From a virus (taxonomy: Duplodnaviria > Caudoviricetes), in IMG/VR virus record IMGVR_UViG_3300010359_000012, positions 1 through 27,672 of that record: a DNA stretch of 27,672 bases. One strand, written 5' to 3'. The notes beneath the pieces are model-generated. The model searched no databases. It was not told the origin of the DNA and saw only the letters and a list, made by a program, of their open reading frames with translations. A program made the translations under genes and the position numbers. This document shows, piece after piece, positions 24,134 through 27,672 of this stretch. How positions within the stretch are numbered: the first letter of the stretch is position 1; each line of letters starts with the position of its first letter.

Positions 24134-25929
24134 CAGAACCGCTCCCGGCGCGACTGGGACTTGCGATTGATGTTCTGCATGTGCTGACTGAAAGCGAACG
24201 ACAGCACCGCACCCGGATCGCTGGGTGGTTTGTCGTGGACGCTGGCCCACGTCAAATTGCGGGCGATCAGGCCGGGGCGCCTCCACTCAATCCAGGCATG
24301 ATGCGCCAAAACAAGCGCCGACACCAAATCGTCGTTCTCGCCGGTATCCGGGCCCGCACCAATCCAGCCATCGTCCTCGACGATCGCCTGCATCTGCTGA
24401 ATCAGCCGCAGCGAGCGCACCTCGAGCCGGCGCAGCATGAGGCTGTCGCGCAGCTCGCTGTAGATCATGTGCTTGTTGTCTTGGTTGGTCTTCCAGTTGA
24501 TCACGTTGCCCGCGCCGCCCATCGTGTCGGCGCGCTTGTAGAGGAACCACCGGATCGAGCCGATCATCGACAGGATATGGTCTTGGTTGGGCATCGCCTG
24601 GATGATGCCGCGCTCGGCGAGCTGGCGCAGATTGCGCACCTCGGGCATCACAGCTGCGCCGACGCCGCTGACCTCCAAGTTCGCTAAATGATCCCGATAC
24701 GCGCCAGCCAGGTGCGCAAGAACCCACGCCAACTGATAGGTGAGCGGCCGGTTGCTTTGAAACTCTGCCACCTGCACAACTCGATCGGCGTAGCAGCGCA
24801 GCACCTCGATCGCGTGATCGTTAGCCTCCCCTCCTCCCCCGCCACTCGGATCGATGCCGAGCACGTACACGCCAGTCGGATCGGGAGGTTCCCATACGCG
24901 GAGCGTTGCGCGATCGCTGCTCTTCGTTTGCTCAATGCGCGAACCGAGAAACTTCTCCTCGAACACATATTCGTACCCCTTGTACGGAGCACCCTCTGCC
25001 AGTGCCTCGCCGATCTCCAGCGTTCGTTGCGCCGGGAAGAAGCCTGAGCCCGAGGCGATGAAGCACTCGCGCTCATGCCATGGGTAGTGGCGCAGCATGT
25101 ACTCCTCGGCCGAGAACTCGGATTCGCGCCGCCACCACGCGATCTGCTCGGGCTTCACGACGATGCCGTATTGCTGCTTGACGTAGCGGGCTCGGGCCAG
25201 CTCTTCGTCGGACAGCCGGCCGTCCCAATAGACGCGATAATCGGGGTCGCTCTTGGGAATCGAGTAGGTGGGGTTTGACCAGAAGCCACAGAAGATGAAC
25301 CGCATATGGCGGTCGGCTTTGGCCTGCTGGCAGTGGTTGTAGAACCAATTAAATCCGTTCGCGATCGACTCCCACACGTACAGCCGGTGCGGATTCTGCC
25401 GGGCGAGCGAGGCCTTCAGCGATTCGACGCCAGCCAGCGAGCGCCACAGCGAGCACTCGGTCGCGTGCATCATGTTCAGGGCGCGCGACGCACCGAGGTC
25501 AGGGTTATTAGCCGCCGCCATGAGATCGAGGACCGAGCGGTTGGCGAACGCCATCCCGTTCCGATTGTTCGTGACCAGCCGGTGTTCCGGCCCGCGCCAC
25601 TCCGCAGGAAGTGTCTCGAGGAGAGCCGCAAAAATACGACGCAGACGCTCGAGGTTATCCGTGCGATCCGCAATGATTGCGCCCTGAACGCCAGGATTGG
25701 CCAGAGCCCAAAACAGCTCCACCACGGAGCAGACGGTCGTGATGGCGACCTGGCGGCACTTGAGGACAACGAACTCATGCACGTCCTCCTGAAGGCCCTT
25801 GGCGATTGCGTCGATGATCATGCGCTGCGATTGCCACGGCTCGACGTGGGCACGGCCCTCTTCTTTGGTGTCGATCTCAACGGCGCTTAGGAGCTGGTAG
25901 ATGCCCTGCCGGATCGATGGGGTGGCCAT
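24133..25929 (-). CDS. terL: Terminase large subunit
   Basis: PWQSQ, Walker A-like LKCRQVAITT, Walker B MMHATE, ESIANG, nuclease YVLGIDPSGG and DDLVSA. Confidence 0.93.
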   Translation of the reverse strand: MATPSIRQGIYQLLSAVEIDTKEEGRAHVEPWQSQRMIIDAIAKGLQEDVHEFVVLKCRQVAITTVCSVVELFWALANPGVQGAIIADRTDNLERLRRIFAALLETLPAEWRGPEHRLVTNNRNGMAFANRSVLDLMAAANNPDLGASRALNMMHATECSLWRSLAGVESLKASLARQNPHRLYVWESIANGFNWFYNHCQQAKADRHMRFIFCGFWSNPTYSIPKSDPDYRVYWDGRLSDEELARARYVKQQYGIVVKPEQIAWWRRESEFSAEEYMLRHYPWHERECFIASGSGFFPAQRTLEIGEALAEGAPYKGYEYVFEEKFLGSRIEQTKSSDRATLRVWEPPDPTGVYVLGIDPSGGGGGEANDHAIEVLRCYADRVVQVAEFQSNRPLTYQLAWVLAHLAGAYRDHLANLEVSGVGAAVMPEVRNLRQLAERGIIQAMPNQDHILSMIGSIRWFLYKRADTMGGAGNVINWKTNQDNKHMIYSELRDSLMLRRLEVRSLRLIQQMQAIVEDDGWIGAGPDTGENDDLVSALVLAHHAWIEWRRPGLIARNLTWASVHDKPPSDPGAVLSFAFSQHMQNINRKSQSRRERF

Positions 25930-26149
25930 CGCTGATCTGTGTCTGCAGGAATATGTCGCCGTCCCGACGGTGCCACTGACCGGACAGGTAGACCTGATGC
26001 GCGTCGGACGGCGGCGTCAGGGCGCGCGGGCGGGGCTGCAACAGCGGCTTGAGTGCCTCGGCGATCTTGTCGAGCGCACGCTCGATCTCGCCCACGGAGG
26101 CCTCCAGCGGGCGAGAATCTTGCGGAGCAGCTTTCGGAGCTTTGGCCAT
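25877..26149 (-). CDS. Hypothetical protein, terminase small subunit by position only
   Basis: Immediately upstream of and overlapping terL; helical N-half; no diagnostic motif. Confidence 0.45.
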   Translation of the reverse strand: MAKAPKAAPQDSRPLEASVGEIERALDKIAEALKPLLQPRPRALTPPSDAHQVYLSGQWHRRDGDIFLQTQISDGHPIDPAGHLPAPKRR

Positions 26150-26158
26150 AGGGGAACC

Positions 26159-26203
26159 GGCCGCCTCTGTGCTAAGTTATAGCACAGCGCGGCCCAGTGG
26201 AAA
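26159..26203 (-). promoter_or_regulatory. Palindrome CTGTGCTA-N5-TAGCACAG over an extended -10-like element; candidate late promoter/operator
   Basis: Arms 26167-74 / 26180-87, extended by GGCCGC arms; minus strand reads TGcTATAAC upstream of the packaging genes. Confidence 0.5.
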
Positions 26204-26288
26204 CACGGGGGTGCGTTTTAGACGGGGCGGCCATTCCCCTCCCTGAGATCCCCTAGCCGAGCTGGCCGCCTCGTCGCCCTACAGGCCT

Positions 26289-26495
26289 TCATATGAGCCG
26301 CTCCCCCAAGCAAATTTTGCGGTAGTCCTCGACGATTGCTTCCATGCACTTGATCTCGTGCTCGGCCATCTTTTCCGTCATCGTGCCGGCGCGCACGCGA
26401 CCGGGATAGACGCGGCGCCGCAGGGCCAGCTCGCGCTCGGCGCAGCGCATCTTGTCGTGCTCGGTCACATTCTGACGATCGATAGGGTCCATCAC
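26289..26495 (-). CDS. Phage hypothetical protein (68 aa)
   Basis: K..CAERELALRRRVYP..V..G.MT...A..EI..MEAI; coupled to the upstream gene. Confidence 0.7.
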   Translation of the reverse strand: MMDPIDRQNVTEHDKMRCAERELALRRRVYPGRVRAGTMTEKMAEHEIKCMEAIVEDYRKICLGERLI

Positions 26496-26728
26496 AGGTC
26501 AGGCTCCTCAACAAGATCGAGCCGTCTCTCGATGCGTCTGATGCGCCTTTCGTACATGTCCAGGCGAGCATTGAGAGTTGCCACCTGCGTGACGAGGAGC
26601 CCAAGCACAGCTTCCATGCTCGTGACGCGAGCCGCGAGATTATCAAGGCGCTCGATTGTCGTGTCGAGCTTGCGGCCGAAGTCACGCAGGTGGCGTAGCA
26701 CGATGTCGTCAGGTCCGTTGTCGGTCAT
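26492..26728 (-). CDS. Coiled-coil hypothetical protein (78 aa)
   Basis: Heptad repeats, RIRRIERRLDL end; ATGA coupling. Confidence 0.75.
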   Translation of the reverse strand: MTDNGPDDIVLRHLRDFGRKLDTTIERLDNLAARVTSMEAVLGLLVTQVATLNARLDMYERRIRRIERRLDLVEEPDL

Positions 26729-26985
26729 GCCATCTCATCCTGCATGGTCTTGTTTCGCTGGCGATCCAGCATCATCGCCGCAACCGCGTCGTCGGTCGCC
26801 AGCCGCTGAGCGTCGGCTTGGCTCGCGACCTCGACCAACTCGGGTCGCGTCGTGAACGGATAGTGTCCGCGGACATCCAGCCGCATGCTGCCGACGTAGA
26901 GGGTTAGGGTGCCCTCCTGATCGCGCACCACGTAAATGCGGTCGCAATCGAAGATCGAGACAGAGTGGACATGGGCTTCAGGCAT
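26725..26985 (-). CDS. Hypothetical protein (86 aa)
   Basis: AGGAG RBS before ATG 26985. Confidence 0.6.
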   Translation of the reverse strand: MPEAHVHSVSIFDCDRIYVVRDQEGTLTLYVGSMRLDVRGHYPFTTRPELVEVASQADAQRLATDDAVAAMMLDRQRNKTMQDEMA

Positions 26986-27023
26986 TGGTATTCTCTCCTG
27001 ATTCGACGACATAACGGGCTTCT

Positions 27024-27058
27024 TAGGGCGCCGAGAGCCTCATCCGGCGCCCTATTTT
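27024..27058. terminator. Perfect 10-bp stem hairpin, T-tract on + strand
   Basis: TAGGGCGCCG / CGGCGCCCTA then TTTT; lies directly after the stop of 27058-27510. Confidence 0.55.
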
Positions 27059-27510
27059 CATGCTGGCGCGGTCTCCCGGGGTGTGATGCCGGCGGCCTTA
27101 AACGCCTCATCTGTTGGTTCCTCGGCGCGTGACCAGAACCGGTCTATCGCCTCAAGCAACGCAAATTGCGAACCACGCGGCATTGCTTGAATTGTCCTAG
27201 CTAACTCGTCGCGATCGGTTCCCCATTTCTCCGACATGCTGCTGTCAGCGTCGTGGATGTTGGCCCACACCATCGAGGCACTCATCAACGCGGCTCCGGT
27301 CGACAGCTCCATCCCGTTGTTGCAGTCCATGATCATGCACCATTGAGCGCGCGTGAACGGCATGTTGCGCAACTCCGCTTGCATTAACGCGTTGTAGCGA
27401 TCACAGACCGTGTTCAACCGGCCGCTTCTATTCTCGGCATAGCGTGGCCCAAGGGCAGAAAGCGCCTCGATTACCGGCGGGCCTGCATAAATGCTAAATC
27501 GTTCAGCCAT
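27058..27510 (-). CDS. Hypothetical protein, possible ribbon-helix-helix N-terminus
   Basis: RFSIY...VIEAL...RSGRLNTVCDRY; first gene behind the right ITR promoter. Confidence 0.65.
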   Translation of the reverse strand: MAERFSIYAGPPVIEALSALGPRYAENRSGRLNTVCDRYNALMQAELRNMPFTRAQWCMIMDCNNGMELSTGAALMSASMVWANIHDADSSMSEKWGTDRDELARTIQAMPRGSQFALLEAIDRFWSRAEEPTDEAFKAAGITPRETAPA

Positions 27511-27549
27511 ATCATTCTCACTCTCTGACGAGGTATGAAGCTGGGTGTC

Positions 27550-27672
27550 CGTTACGACTTCGATCATACTCATGTATTACCCGCTGTCAAGCTGAGGCCC
27601 AGCCCATCAATAGTTCGGGGTGAGCGAGGGGCTCAGCGTTATTGAGTTGGAAGGCTAGAGCGTTGGCGCGGT
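27550..27672. repeat. Right terminal inverted repeat (123 bp)
   Basis: Exact reverse complement of 1-123. Confidence 0.97.
27563..27590 (-). promoter_or_regulatory. Sigma70-type promoter inside right ITR, pointing inward
   Basis: Mirror copy of TTGACA-16-TATGAT. Confidence 0.7.

Noticed and set aside
27511-27573. N-terminal extension of the right-end ORF starting inside the ITR
   Set aside because: That ATG lies upstream of the promoter -10, so it would not be on the transcript; ATG 27510 is preferred.

Overview
The window looks like a complete or nearly complete linear genome of a small (27.7 kb), GC-rich, short-tailed (P22/T7-like morphology) dsDNA phage or phage-like element. The host is probably alphaproteobacterial; this is an inference from a GcrA-like HTH and the base composition. 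It is bounded by perfect 123-bp terminal inverted repeats (1-123 / 27550-27672), each carrying an inward-facing sigma70-type promoter. The left arm (134-6177) holds a Cys-cluster protein, a TGT/DpdA-fold protein, a C5-cytosine methyltransferase with a second subunit overprinted in another frame, an endolysin, an XRE regulator with three 21-bp operator-like repeats, an ERF + YqaJ recombination pair and a second methyltransferase. A long minus-strand operon (about 27510 to 6190) holds terminase, KTSC, portal, scaffold, major capsid, adaptor, tail nozzle, VRR-NUC, a GNAT-like protein, Gly/Gln/Pro-rich ejection proteins and a membrane protein. Most striking: (i) a translationally coupled chain of tiny protamine-like Arg-rich genes at 14139-15232, mostly missed by the ORF track; (ii) ITR ends combined with terminase/portal packaging but no recognisable polymerase, primase, helicase, integrase or tail fibre; (iii) the EcoHK31I-type overprinted methyltransferase with four repeated PTP modules. 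All product calls come from motif recognition by eye; no database search was run.
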